64,000 nt of DNA. It comes from Antedon mediterranea. Lineage: Eukaryota > Animalia > Echinodermata. The position numbers were made by a program, and so were the translations under genes. Position 1 is the first letter of the stretch; each line of letters begins with the position of its first letter. The notes beneath the pieces were generated by a model, which was given only the letters and a program-made list of their open reading frames with translations, was not told where the DNA came from and did no database searches. Below, one piece after another: positions 43,101 through 58,100 of the stretch. The stretch is taken from contig NC_092675.1 in assembly GCF_964355755.1 (NCBI RefSeq), forward strand, positions 31,096,912 to 31,160,911, given 5' to 3'.

Positions 43101-46100
43101 TGGCTCAAATTTAATTTTTTATTTCCTATATGCCTGTCAACAAAACTTTTGTTTTTTCTTTGTTACAACATGTTTTTGAAAAGTTGTTTTAAAATACTTT
43201 CTATTAAACCTTTTCCCTGGTTGTCCCTGCGGAGCTACATTCCATAATGTCATTAGTATTTTGTAACTTATATTTTCAATTTATTAGCTAATAGTGTAAA
43301 TATATTAAATATCACGTTTAAGTTAAGCCCTATGATTTCACCATTCACCAGAGAATTCATTTATTGAATTATTAAGTGCAATGAATTGTTTGACTGTTTT
43401 TACATCTTTCTTTCACAGCCATGATATATGCCGGTTAAAAAACACACCATGTTCAACACTAGGTAAGGGGCATCTTAACAACCACCATATTAGCTAATTA
43501 ATACAAATTGATTGATATGCCAATATGTTGTCTAGTGTTAATTTCAAATCAGTACTAAGTACTAAGTATACTTAATATGCTTATTAACCGACACAACTCA
43601 GACTCTATTGCATTAGGAAGATACTGTATGTTTAATAATCCCAGACATTTTGTAACCTTTGATTAGTAAATTACACAAAATGCAGTCTTTCAGAAACTTT
43701 CTGATACACATAATTACCACCAATTTGATCAAACTTTAATGTTTGTTATTTTTGCTAAATTACCCTTATTACTTCTCCGTGATTGAATAAAATAACCCTG
43801 GTGTCTGTGCGCCTATAGCAAACGTCTTCCTTTATAGTGACTTCATTTAGTACATTTCAGGGTTAGCTCCAGTTGAAGGCATTTGTACAGATTCCAAAAG
43901 TTGCAGTATAAATGAAGATACCGGTCTGGGAACAGCGTTTACTATTGCTCATGAACTAGGTCACAAGTAAGTACATACTTAGTACAAACATTAAGTACAT
44001 GCTTAGTACAAACATTAAGTACATGCTTAGTACAAACATTAAGTACATGCTAAGTACAAACATTAAGTACATGCTTAGTACAAACATTAAGTACATGCTT
44101 AGTACACACATTAAGTACATGCTTAGTACACACATTAAGTACATGCTTAGTACAAACATTAAGTACATGCTTAGTACAAACATTAAGTACATGCTTAGTA
44201 CATGCTTAGTACAAACATTAAGTACATGCTTAGTACACACATTAAGTACATGCTTAGTACAAACATTATGTACATGCTTAGTACAAACATTAAGTACATG
44301 CTTAGTACACACATTAAGTACATGCTTAGTACACACATTAAGTACATGCTTAGTACAAACATTAAGTACATGCTTAGTACACACATTAAGTACATGCTTA
44401 GTACAAACATTAAGTACATGCTTAGTACAAACATTAAGTACATGCTTAGTACAAACATTAAGTACATGCTTAGTACAAACATTAAGTACATGCTTAGTAC
44501 ACACATTAAGTACATGCTTAGTACACACATTAAGTACATGCTTAGTACAAACATTAAGTACATGCTTAGTACAAACATTAAGTACATGCTTAGTTCAAAC
44601 ATTAAGTACATGCTTAGTACCAACATTAAGTGCATGCTAAGTACAAACATTAAGTGCATGCTTAGTACACACATTAAGTACATGCTTAGTACAAACATTA
44701 AGTACATGCTTAGTACAAGTGCATGCTTAGTTCAAACATTAAGTACATGCTTAGTACACACATTAAGTACATGCTTAGTACAAACATTAAGTGCATGCTT
44801 AGTACCAACATTAAGTACATGCTTAGTACAAACATTAAGTACATGCTTAGTACAAACATTAAGTACATGCTTAGTACACACATTTTAGATTTGTATGCTC
44901 ATTCATTTTAATAAATTGATGTTAAAGTTTGTTTCAAAACATCCTAAAGTTTCTCTTTTTGAAGTTTTCTGTAAATACTTAAAAACACTCCTGCCATAGA
45001 AAACATAGTTATGTGCTTATTTATTTTTTTTGTTAGCATTTTGCACTATATAAATTAAACATTATTATTATATTCATATACAGTATGTGTAATGCAATTC
45101 AATTATACATTTACAATAATGTATGTTTGTTGCCGGTTTTCTTTGTGTAGTTTTGGTATGCAACATGATGGATTTAGTGATGACATAGGCAGCAAATGTG
45201 GAGGACCTGGAGAATCTGCTAAACTGATGGCAGAGTTCTTTCACAAAGATTCTGATCCCTTCTCATGGTCAAAATGCAGTCAAGAATATTTAACCAAATT
45301 ACTAGAGTAAGTATATATTCAGTATTTATTTATTCATGGTCAAACACAGTTAAAATACAGATAAAATACATCTTTTAAAATACAAAATACAAGCAAGATT
45401 GGTGTGTGTAAGTACAGTGTATGATGTGCACATTTTTACCTAAATTAAATGCAGCTGTATTGAAGGTCATTTGTAATTAATAATAATCTAATCAGGATTT
45501 AAAAATTATATTTGAATATCTGAAGTGTATACAACAATAAAATAAAATGACAAACCTTTAATATTTACCGGTTTGTTGTTAAACTTCACAGTCAAACTTC
45601 AACTGAACATAAATTTGTTTAATGCTCATTCCATCTATACCAACAAAAACTATTTAAAAATGTAAATGAATAGATGCCAATAAGTTACGTGAGAATGTGT
45701 CTCATAAGATGAGATAATTTCAAATATTTGTGTGTATCATTGCATACAGTATATTGAATACATTCTCATGAACCAGAACGTTGGACTTTGATGTCAAAAT
45801 GTTGGCACGGTACTGAAGAGAAACATCCCGAGTGTTTGAGGGAATATATTGCATGTTTTCAGTGTTTCGCTTTCACCCTTTAAGACCCTAAATAACCCCA
45901 CTCACATCCAAGTTGAATTAGATTAACATTTCAGTTTAATTGTAAGCATACTCTTTTGTTGGACAGTTTTCAAAATGGGAAATCCAAAGCAAGTATTAAA
46001 TACAAAACATTCCCCGCCAGTCAGAGTTCAGACTTGGATAAGTTGCACATGATGTATGCTGATGATATATCCAAAGCAAGTATTAAATACAAAACATTCC

Positions 46101-49100
46101 CCGCCAGTCAGTGTTCAGACTTGGATAAGTTGCACATGATTTATGCTGATGATATTTCCAAAGCATTGTATACTTAGAATTGTTTTTTTTTCACAAAAGT
46201 CTATTTTTTTATGAATTTTATTTATTTATTTTTTATTTGAACCATATTTAATGAGGGTGATCCATCCAACAATTGCTGATTATTTGGGAACCTTTAGAAC
46301 AATACACAAAATACAACAATAACAGTAAAGTTAAAGTTTATGTCATGAACTCCACAATACCAATGTTTTCAAGCAATATGAAATATTCTCTCTATCTGTG
46401 CAGTGTTGAATTTGTATTCCTTACAGAATATAGACTGTTGGCTGTATAGTGGCGGAACAAGAATGTGTGGATATAAAGGCATAATGCTATTAACCTTTCA
46501 TTTTTTTTTTCAGTTCAGGGAAAGGTGACTGCCTTTTGGGAACTCCTCCCATCATTGTACAAAGTCAAACAGAGCCACATAGAGAACCAGGTGAGATATA
46601 CAACGCTGATGCGCAGTGCAGATTACAATATGGAGAAAATGCTAATCACTGTAGAATGGGGGTAAGTTTGCCAATTACTATAAATTTTTCAGAAATCCTA
46701 GACTTTGAAGCCCTTTTCTAGGACACTTCAGTAGGATCTTCATTTGACCTAGATACATTTTATATGAATTTTCTGCAATTTATGATGTGTATATAATCCA
46801 ACGGTTGACAGTGTCTATTGACTTGTGCTAAACTTTTCTGTAAAAATTCCCCATTGTCATCTTGAATGATTGTGATAAATGCTATAAATGAGATTCATTT
46901 TCAGGCAGTTTGTGGACAGCTCTGGTGCTTTGTACAAGGCCGTGGCTGTATCACCAATTATGTCCCAGCTACTGAAGGAACACAGTGTGTCTTGCAAATA
47001 CAACAACTTAACACACGAGGGGTAGGTTCTCTTGGGTTAATAAATATACTTATTTAAACAATTTATTTGAAGACTGTTCTCGTTTCTTTTTAGACTGTAA
47101 TTCAATGCAAGTATCTTGCTTGTGCCTTACCTAGCGTAAATGGTTGCAAGTACGACAGCAAGCCGAGTATGGATGGTACCAAATGTGGACAAGGATTGGT
47201 AATTTGTCCCTTTCCCCAAGTGTTTTCATTCAAATAGTAGCAACTAGTTGTGCTGTACACCATTTTAGATGTTTTTATTTGTTTTTAACTCCACCCGTTT
47301 TCTATTCAGTAGTGCACACTTTGTCCTCCCATGCTTTCTAGATTTGTTCACAAGTTGCTTTCGTCATTCCTTGTTTTTTTGTGGTTTTCAGTATTTGCAA
47401 CATGTTCTTAGGTACTTGCAGCTCATCATAGTCACTTTTCAAAAATGAAATGTGCAATAGAATAAGCAGTTTTTCTGATTAAGTTTTTTGAGAAAAATGC
47501 TTGAAATTCAACTTTTTTCAAACATTGTGCTAGAATCAATCTGCAGCATCTAAAAACACACTTTCAATACCATACATCTTTCTTCTACCTCTCTGCAGAC
47601 TTCATTTTCGATACGATATTTATTTTCATTATAACAACAAGTTACAAATGAAATTTTTCTGCTACCAATTTCAGTTTTGTAGCAGTTGCAGGACGTGAAG
47701 TATTTTGTTCATTTTTGTTATACTAATAAAATGTTAAGATGGTGTTTTTACGCTTTTTTATTTCCTAATTTTTTAAAGAATAATTGATTGAATGTTGTAG
47801 AATTAGCAGTAACTAAAATTTGCATTTTAATTTTTACTTTCTTATTTTTACATGTTTATTTTCTATGTATGCTTGTTTTTTTAATTTTTAAAATTTAAAC
47901 TATATATAAAGTTACAGTTATCTTTATCAAAAACTATCATAAACAACAATATAACAACCTAAGTTCCTTGGCAGCCAATTGGTTGAATTGGGATACTCAT
48001 TTAGGTTAAAATATACAACACTGATGTGATTACTGTACGTCCTAGCTTGGATTTGATTAAAATAGACATTTTGAGGAGCTCTGGACAAAGTTTTCACAAA
48101 CAAAATTGATATTCATGTATTAATACATTCATTGTATCATTCATCCTTCTACACATTCAATATAAAACTTTAATAATTTATTTACAGTATACCAGATTTT
48201 TATGTTTCATCATTTTTTCTAAAAGACATGACCATTTTCACTCAACAGTGGTGTTACCAGGGTAACTGTGTTCCTTATGGTACAAGACCTGGTTCTGTCG
48301 ATGGTGCATGGGGCGAGTGGGGTGCATGGGGACCATGCTCACGTTCATGTGATGGAGGCGTGTCTACAAAAGAAAGGCTGTGTGACTCACCAAGGTTTGT
48401 CATTGTCACTTTATTTCCATATTGGTTGAAGGTATGCTCATTTCTAGAACCCAATAATAATTTTTATTTTATCCATTTTTCAGGCACAGACAACAACATT
48501 ATAATACATGACAATGGTGCAGCACCCTGGAGTGTTAAGCACAATCGAATTGGCTCTCTGCACTTAAAACATATAAAAGTAAAACAATAAAAATACATAA
48601 GATAAATAGTAAGAATACAGACAATGCACTGTACAACACTTGCTTGTTACTTGCTTAAAACTAATAAAAAAAAAGCATCAAAGAAGCTTTACTGTACTTT
48701 ACTAGAATTGAGTACGCATAACTTAACTAGACGTCGTGACAATCCACCTACTTTAGAATTGAGAGTCGTGTTCTTTCAGACATTTATTTGAAACACTTTT
48801 AAAAGATGAATGCGATATCAACAAGACAAATGTTAAAACTGTGTGACTTGTCAATTCCAACCTTTTAACCAATTGCCTCTCAATTAAGTGCAGTGTGTGA
48901 TGTTAGTCTTAAAAGTCATGCTCATCGTTGGTGGAATCTTGTATCCGAAGTCTCACCAAAATTAATAAATTTAGGAAGACTGCATTTTTGAAGGAAATAC
49001 TTAATATATCAGTTTCTACTATTTATAGAAAAAACTCATTCAGTTCTTTGAATTTATTTTCCAAATTTATTTTATAAAAATAGAAAAAAAGATTGTTGCC

Positions 49101-52100
49101 ACAAGAATGTGAACCACTTAGAATCTATCAAATTTGTTCACAATCTCTTTTTTCATTAAATAATGCGCACATTGACACATAATATGTCTACACTTTAAGC
49201 TACGTTTATACAAACACTGATTATTTGTCTCTATTTTCATTTTTTTAAATCAATACTGATTGACCTAAGACAATATTATATTAACTATATGATATTCTTT
49301 GAAAACATGTGAATCAAAAACAACCTCTATATTTTATTAGAAAAAAAAATTCAAAATAAAAAATGAAACTTATTAACATCCTGCTTGTATAGATGTTTCA
49401 TTTGATTTTTAGTGTCAATATTATGACACTTCTGATGAAATTATTGATTACTTTAGAGTATTTTAGTGTTTTTATTTTGTACGGAAATGTCTTGCCACTG
49501 TGTAGAAAAGTTTAGTTAATGTAATAATGTTTTTTTAGTCCACAGCACGGAGGCAAGTACTGTCTTGGTCTTCGTAAACAGTATCGTTCCTGCAACATAG
49601 ATGTGAGTTTATCATTCTTTATTTGGTATACAAAATATTTATACATTTTTCTTTATAAAGAAAACATAAATTCATATTCTTTGTAACTAATTTTCTCAAA
49701 TTATTTCGGCAAAAGTAAAGTAAAGGTTTGTGGTACACCATGTGTAAGGAAATGGGGCAAAGTTGAGAATGTCTCTTTGTATCTGCTCTTGAGCTCTGTC
49801 TACACTATCAAACTTTATGTAACAAAAAACTCTGTTCCCATATATATATGGATGTGATGATGTCATATCACTTCCATTTCGGCCATATCACTACCATATT
49901 TGGGCATATCACTACCATATTTGGGAATATTTTTTTGTCAAACTATTTTGATAGTGTAGACAGTTCTTAATGCTTCTTCTGGACAATGAAATGGAGTGAC
50001 ATTCCATATTATATTTCCTTTGTTGATTCTGCAAATTTACTCAACTAGTGATTATTCACCATGCAAAATTTAAGCAATATTTTATTTTTTCTTGGCAATG
50101 AAAGTTACTATACAGTAATTAATTACTTTGATCTGAGTAATTTTTTCTTTGAAACAGTTAAATGTGCCAAAGTTAACCATTCATAAAAGATAATTATAGT
50201 TTGGCAAATGATCATAATAATATAGTATATATAGTATACGTAGCCAAGCTTGTCTTTGCTTGTTGTAATATAATAAGCTTTTAGTTTTAAATTTAATTCC
50301 TAAAGTGTTCCATTTAAAATAAAAGGTTATTGAGTATAATTGAAATCAATAAACTTTAATTTGTGATTTATATATCTTACCTGAAAATATAAATAATATT
50401 ATTAAAATGAAATATTATAGAAGAATTGTTTGGCAGTTGAACTTAATAATCTTTACATTTGCATTTATACAGCTTAAATTGAATTATACTGAGGTTTTAT
50501 ACATAATCTCTTTAAGTCTATTATTACTTAATTTATTAAAATAATTTTGAACTGAAATATTGTTTATTTATTTTACATAACACCTTCAGTAACATAGCTA
50601 CTACTGATTTTAAAAGTCAATCACATTATAATACAGCATAAAAAATGTAAAAATTTTTTGTCTACTTGGAATTTTTAAATTTTTAAAAATGAAACTGTCA
50701 AAGGATCTTGTATTATTTTTTAATTTATTATCATACATCCCTAAAGTAATTCATATCCTAAATAACATTTAAAAAACATTATTTTGATGTCTTTTGAGAC
50801 TTACAACATGAAGTTTTGGCACTTTCAGATCACAAGACTAAGTTTAAAAAGAAAAAAAAAAAAAAAAAAACATTTCAAAAATTCTTCAGTAAAAGGAAAA
50901 GAGGAGAAAGAATTGAATTCTTACCTTAATAATTAATTCAATAAAGAAATGTCTGAAATTTAAATGATAATGAATGAATTTTTTAAGTAGTTTATCAGCT
51001 GCTGCTTTTACGGATTTTTTCGAGAGCTTTTCCAACTTTCGTAAGTCTATGATTGACAACGAACTACTAAGAAATTGCAAAACGTTTGGCGTGTTTTCTA
51101 ATTGTATAATAATATGAAACAATAATTTTATTTTGATTACATTTTTTTTCTCAGCCATGTCCAAGTAACTCAAAAGACTTCAGAGAAATGCAGTGTTCTG
51201 AGTACGATGACAAGAAATTTGCCCGGCTTCCAACTTCCAAACCTCGTTACTACAAGTGGAAACCTTACCTGGGAAGAAAAGGTCGCAGAGACAACCTGAA
51301 TTCTTGCGCCCTCAACTGTCTGGCAGTGGGAACAAAGTTCTTTGTTCAGCGTTCTCCCCAGGTTGTCGATGGAACACGGTGCAATAAGGCATCATTAGAT
51401 ATTTGTATCAATGGAAAATGCCATGTAAGCATACAATATTACCGTTAATATGAATTTTGGGGTTTTTTTAAATGTAAATATTGCCTACACTGTAGTTGCA
51501 AGCTGGAAAAATACAGCTTTTAAATACTTTTTTTTTTTTTAAATGGGTAGTCAGTTCTTTCTCAAACCAATTACACATTGTTCAACTAGAATTCATTGCA
51601 ATTAATAATTAATGTTCACCATATTAAGACCACCATAAACAGTGCACTGATTGATATTATATAATTAAAATATTTATGATTTTAAAATGTTCATCTTCTC
51701 CCTTTTTAAATGGAATGTATAAATATTTTGTGATTAGTTTTATCAAAGGTTAAAAGTGCAATCAAACAGAAAGTGACAAATATATTCATAAAGTGAAACA
51801 AAGCTTATTCTCTGTCTCGCTACATTTAGCTAGTCTAATTGTTTTCACTCTTTACCTTGGTAAATACTTGTCTGATTGAAAATGAGTAACTCACAATCGG
51901 TGTCAAAGCATAGACTTAATCTCTGTCCACACTATCAAACTTTATGTGACCATCTATGGACACAATGATGTCATATCACTACCATATTTGGGCATATCAC
52001 TATCATATTCAGGCACATCACACCTTTTTTGTCAATCTACTTTGATAGTGTAGACAGAGCTTAAATTTAAAGTATTCTGTGTAATTGTATAGAGTAGATT

Positions 52101-55100
52101 TATACCCTTAAATAGGAAGTTACTATTAGCATGGCCGGCCATTAGTGCCAATGGCACCTGGCCGATAATCTATAAAATAAATACGTTGATCACATTGTGT
52201 CTTTTCAGCCGGTAGGTTGTGATCGCTTACTTAACTCCAACATGAGAATGGATAAATGTCAAATATGTGGTGGTGATGGGGGTACATGTGAGACTACCAG
52301 GGGTAGAGTTGATAGAGCAATGGAACATGGAACATACCAAGAAGTAGTGACTATACCAGCAGGTGCTACTAGCATACATGTACATGAATCAAAGTTGTCT
52401 GGCAGCTTTCTAGGTATGTATTCATCATTGAGCAATTTCAACTCAAAGATGATAGAGTGGAGTTGTGGCTTGTTGGTTATGATGCTTAGCTACCAATCCA
52501 AGGGTCCTGGGTTGAAGTCCTGTCATATATAAGGTTTTTTAATCAATTACAACTCCATTCCCAAAGACTATGTTTATGTAGAGCATCTTGTGTATATATG
52601 TATATATCTTGTGAACAAGATTGCCACCTTTAAGAGGGATAGTGAATGAATTCGCTTATGGTTAGGCAATTTGCCTAAATAAAAAAAAATATCTGTCATA
52701 GAAGCTACTATAATTAAACAAATGAATATAATTTGAGACACACAGTGGGACAAATGGCTAGACACATGTAGTAGTGAAAATGTTTCCTGATTTGATTAGA
52801 TTAATGATTTGAAGATCAAAACAAAGTAGATTCAAGAATCATCATGACCAGTATATTCTTTATATTCATTATGAAAATAAGCAATTCACGAAATAGGTTT
52901 CCTGATTATGAATATGAGCAAAACAATTTGATTATACTTGTATGTGCCGTTATTTGATTGAATATTGAAGATTATATTCATTTGTTATTCATTTATACTG
53001 GGTGAATTTTTCAGTCAAAGGCTGGTCTCCCTGAGGGCCCAGTTATAATTAGTGACTTTGACAGTGACTGTGTGTGTACTTAATACACCAGGGTAACCCC
53101 CTACTTGTCTCGAAAGTTGTACTAGGTTCTCTAAATTGCACATGAGCTAGATGTGTACAATGGGCATACAGTTTATAGTCCTTATCCGAGAAGAACCATG
53201 GAGCGAGTGAGCCTCGAATCCTTGACGATGTTATGGCTATTTATTTATGGTTCCACAACCACTCAGCCACTCCATATATAATATGCTATGGTAAATAGAT
53301 ACATGTGTTTCATCGTTGTTGTTGACATTAAATAAAACATATTTCTTGTTGTAGTAGACTGTGTGTCTTGAACATAAAATAATGAATAAATAACTGGTGG
53401 CCACAAAATGAAAACCGTCTGCTGGAGAACAGAATATACTACTCTTACAGACTTCCTTTTTACCACAAACCATACTTTATTTAAATTAATCGTATTTGTG
53501 GTTAATTGATTATTAAATAGGTGAAGGTTAAAACCTTATTAGAGATGTAAATTTTGTTTACTATTTTGATGTTGTTAAGATTGCTTAAAGCTCTGTCTGC
53601 GCTATCAAAATAGTTTGACAAAAAAAGTATGATATGCATAAATATGGTAGGGATATTCCCAAATATGGTAGTGATATGACATCATCATATCCATATTTGG
53701 GCATATCACATTTTTTGTCACATAAAGTTTGATAGTGTAGACAGAGCTTAATAGATATGTATACATGTCCTTTTCTCTATTTTGATCAACTTCTTTTATT
53801 TTATTTTCAGCATTGAAATCTGCAAATTCGCGGAAGTACTATATAAATGGTCAATGGAAGATACTCTGGCCAACTTCTTTCAACATCGTTGGTACAATGT
53901 TTAGATATAAGCGTCCCACCAATGAAGCGGAGTCGTTGTACGCCCCTGGCCCCACTACAGAACCAGTCACTGTTATGGTATGTCACATTTGAATAGTAAA
54001 CAACAGCCACAACGTCTCATATTTATACAGTCTTCCTTTCTGAAATTGGAAAGGTTGCCAAGTAACCTAGATTTGTTTCAATATGAATGAAGTATTAATA
54101 TTAAATGATACATACTGTATATAGATCAGAAGGAAATCAAACAAATTTTGTTATATACCCTTCTTCTGAGGACAGATGGTTAAAAGTCGTGTTTTTGAGA
54201 TAACCATACTTAAATACTGTTTACCTACTCATCAATCGATCTGTGTCGCATGTTTTTCTCAAAAACAGAAGCCCCACTGAAACTTCTTATTGTGTTTTTA
54301 GAAAATCATTTTTTATAAATAGGAATGTTTGTATGAGTTAGATGGTAGAAATTGAATAATTGACTCCTCTACTTTTAATTTTTCATTGAATTTATTATTT
54401 GTTTTATAACACACTTACTTGTATTCAATTTATCCATCGTAAATCATTGTTTTTATTTTTTTAATTTTTATTTTATTCAGTTGTCAACCAACAGCGATGA
54501 AACCGCCACTAACAGGTTGAATCTAAACATAATAAACTATAAAATGTAGTCAAACAAACAACAAAAACATAAACAAAGATCACAACATTAAAGAGATTTA
54601 ACAATTTTACCCTTAAATACATTTAAACATGACACATGATGCGTAATTTACCAATCAAATTGCAAGTATACAATCAGGTGTGTTATAAAAGCAGATAACT
54701 AAAACTTCTATGGGCCTGTTTCTGCTGCAACTGCTCAAAATACGGTATAAAAATACGGTATAAAATACGGTATTTTTTATACCGTATTTTTTAGTACCCC
54801 GTTTCTGCTAACAATACTTCTTGGGTGGTCGTGTTAAATTTCATCTTTTTTACCCAAATTGCCATTCATTTATTTGATCGATAATTAAAAGTCGCAATAA
54901 AGGAAGTTTTACGTCTCACTTTCAACAGCCTAGCCCTAGTGATAGAGATGTTGTGAGAGCACAGAAAACATCGTAATGGGGACAATTAATTCGTTCTCTC
55001 CCCGAGTTATTGTATTTTGCAATATTGTACTGCTTTCGCTTGCTTTGGAGACAAGTCTATTCCATACTCCTGCTTTATTTTTTTAGAAATGTCTTTATAA

Positions 55101-58100
55101 ATGTGGTTGTCCCTTTTATTACCTTTTAGTTGGCCAGACATTTTAGCTTCCCCACACAAATTTATTTAGTAAAACTGTGACGTCTTCGCTCCACATTTTC
55201 GCCGAATATATATATACACGTGTGTAAAAGAGCTGACAGCGACAGAAAATAAAAACACGAATGTTGACCTTTTGTCATGTAAAAAAAAAATACGGTATTT
55301 TTTATTGGCAGCAGAAACGGGTACAAAAAATACGGTATAAATTTGTAAATACCGTATTTTATCCACAAATTTTGTGGGGAAAATACGGTATACAAAATAC
55401 GGTATATTTTTTATGAGCGCAGTTTCTGCTGCCAAAAATATACCGTATATATACGGTATTCAAAAAATACCGTATAATATACGGTATTTAGTTGGCAGCA
55501 GAAACAGGGCCTAAGTAGTAATACTTTTAAATGGTCTAAAGAAATATACATGTTTTTATCACGTTAAAGTTGTTGTAGCTAGATACTTCACCATAGAGAT
55601 AAGCAAATTAGGTCATGTCATAGTCAACATGGGTCCATCTTGTTATCAGTCACAGTTAGTTATTGATTTTGTTTATATATTTAAAAAACAGTTGTAAATT
55701 GCCCCTTTAAGTGAATTTGAATCAGGAAATAGGAACTAGTAGCAAAATTCATGGACATTGAGAAACGTTCTAACATGGCAAACATGTCGACTTTCATTTC
55801 GTTTTTACTGGTAAAAAGAATTATGGTTGTGATGCATGTGTTTGTAACCACATACTTTAGTAGATTTAATGAAGTATAGCAAAGATTGCCTACTAAGCCT
55901 AAGCTAGACAACTAGGCCTAGTAGCTAGTAATTGGGTAGGTAAATGTAGGTCCTAACTGGGGGATGAGGACCACAAAATAGCTAGTAATTGGGTAGGTAA
56001 ATGTAGGTCCTAACTGGGTGATGAGGACCACAAAATAGCTAGTAATTGGGTAGGTAAATGTAGGTCCTAACTGGGTGATGAGGACCACAAAATAGCTAGT
56101 AATTGGGTAGGTAAATGTAGGTCCTAACTGAGTGATGAGGACCACAAAATAGCTAGTAATTGGGTAGGTAAATGTAGGTCCTAACTGGGTGATGAGGACC
56201 ACAAAGTAGCTAGTAATTGGGTAGGTAAATGTAGGTCCTAACTGGGTGATGAGGACCACAAAATAGCTAGTAATTGGGTAGGTAAATGTAGGTCCTAACT
56301 GGGTGATGAGGACCACAAAATAGCTAGTAATTGGGTAGGTAAATGTAGGTCCTAACTGGGTGATGAGGACCACAAAGTAGCTAGTAATTGGGTAGGTAAA
56401 TGTAGGTCCTAACTGGGTGATGAGGACCACAAAGTAGCTAGTAATTGGGTAGGTAAATATAGGTCCTAACTGGGTGATGAGGACCACAAAATAGCTAGTA
56501 ATTGGGTAGGTAAATGTAGGTCCTAACTGGGTGATGAGGACCACAAAGTAGCTAGTAATTGGGTAGGTAAATATAGGTCCTAACTGGGTGATGAGGACCA
56601 CAAAATAGCTAGTAATTGGGTAGGTAAATGTAGGTCCTAACTGGGTGATGAGGACCACAAAGTAGCTAGTAATTGGGTAGGTAAATGTAGGTCCTAACTG
56701 GGTGATGAGGACCACAAAGTAGCTAGTAATTGGGTAGGTAAATGTAGGTCCTAACTGGGTGATGAGGACCACAAAAGTAAAGGACAAAGGTGATTGGCCT
56801 AGCATCAAGCATCCTGCCTAAACCACTTTCAGTATTTAAAATGTTGGTATATACTCATTTGTATTTAATTGAATTTGAAGGGGCAAATACTTCTACTTTT
56901 AGTAAAATTATTTATTTTACAATAGTTGTTAGTTCAAGAAGAAAACCATGGTGTGGAATTTGAGTTCAGTACTCCAATTATGGCCAACTCGTCCATGCAT
57001 CATGCAGCCAGCTTTAGATGGTCAATTGGTCAGTGGTCTGCTTGCTCTGCAACATGTGCTGGAGGTAAGTGAGTTTAAAGATGAAATACATACAAATGTC
57101 AAACATTGAACATAAATTTGGATGTGTGGTTAATGCTTCTACTGCACTTTTATTAACTTTTTTCTACTGATTTATATATTGTGAATATTTTTATATCTGT
57201 AAAAGTTGTATTTTTTTACTGCAAACCCCTGTAATCTCTCTCTGAGATAATGAAGTTTTTCTTTTAACAAAGTTATGTATTAATGGTTTACAGGGTGGAT
57301 CCAGGAAGGAGCTAGAGGTGTACATTAACCCCCCCCCCCCCCCAACACCCTTCTCCCAAAAATTGTTCATATCTTTATATTTTACAAACTATTCCTGTTA
57401 TATTACCGCTCCCCTAGTTTAGCTTAACATTTTAACAATTCAATTTTTATGAAAAAATATAAAAATAATAAATTGTTTCTTTTAATAGGAGAGAAAGTTG
57501 CGGTGATTGAGTGTAGAAAGTCTGACGATGATAGTGTTGTGAGTGAAACATTCTGCAACCCTGATTTGAAACCAACTCAGAAACGACAAAGTTGTAATAC
57601 TGAACGCTGTGCACCAAAGTAAGTATACAATAGTGTTGGAAAAAATACTAGGAAATGCAAACCAAACAATGTCATTTTCTAGTAGTATATTTCCTTAATT
57701 GTCCACCATTAAAAAGCATGTACAGTATACCTGCTGCTGTATATCAACATTAACATACAATAAAAAAAACTGCAGTAATACTGTTCCTCTGCATTATCTT
57801 CATTCATCTTTGTTTAAAGGATATTTCATGGTTCTTTCTTTATGAAGTACTTAAACATTGTTATACTAGGTTAAGAATGTACTAAGTTTAAAATTCCACA
57901 GTATTTAATTAGACTTACACATGAATGCCCATGGTAGACAGTCTGACGATTTGAGAAATTGAGTTGAAGATGAGCCAATGATTTCATTCCAAATTGTCTT
58001 ATATTTTCCATGTCATATTTATTTATGTTTAGTACAGTATCTGTGTGGCTTTTAAGATTTTTCATAGATACTCATAGTAGTGCGTTTTTTATGTTCTTCA

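Noticed and set aside
43956-44911. Long ORFs (MLSTNIKY)n and (CTKHVLNV)n
   Set aside because: Artefacts of a 24-bp stop-free tandem unit
45956-46177. YADD motif suggesting a reverse transcriptase
   Set aside because: Lies in an 87-bp duplication with no other RT motifs
52461-52530. tRNA gene
   Set aside because: Boxes are degenerate and no cloverleaf forms; better explained as a SINE head
19706-56777. Regular arrays as CRISPR
   Set aside because: Units are contiguous with no unique spacers, there are no cas genes, and the context is eukaryotic introns
55918-56808. 296-aa minus-strand repeat ORF
   Set aside because: Translation of the 57-bp minisatellite; no splice or other coding evidence
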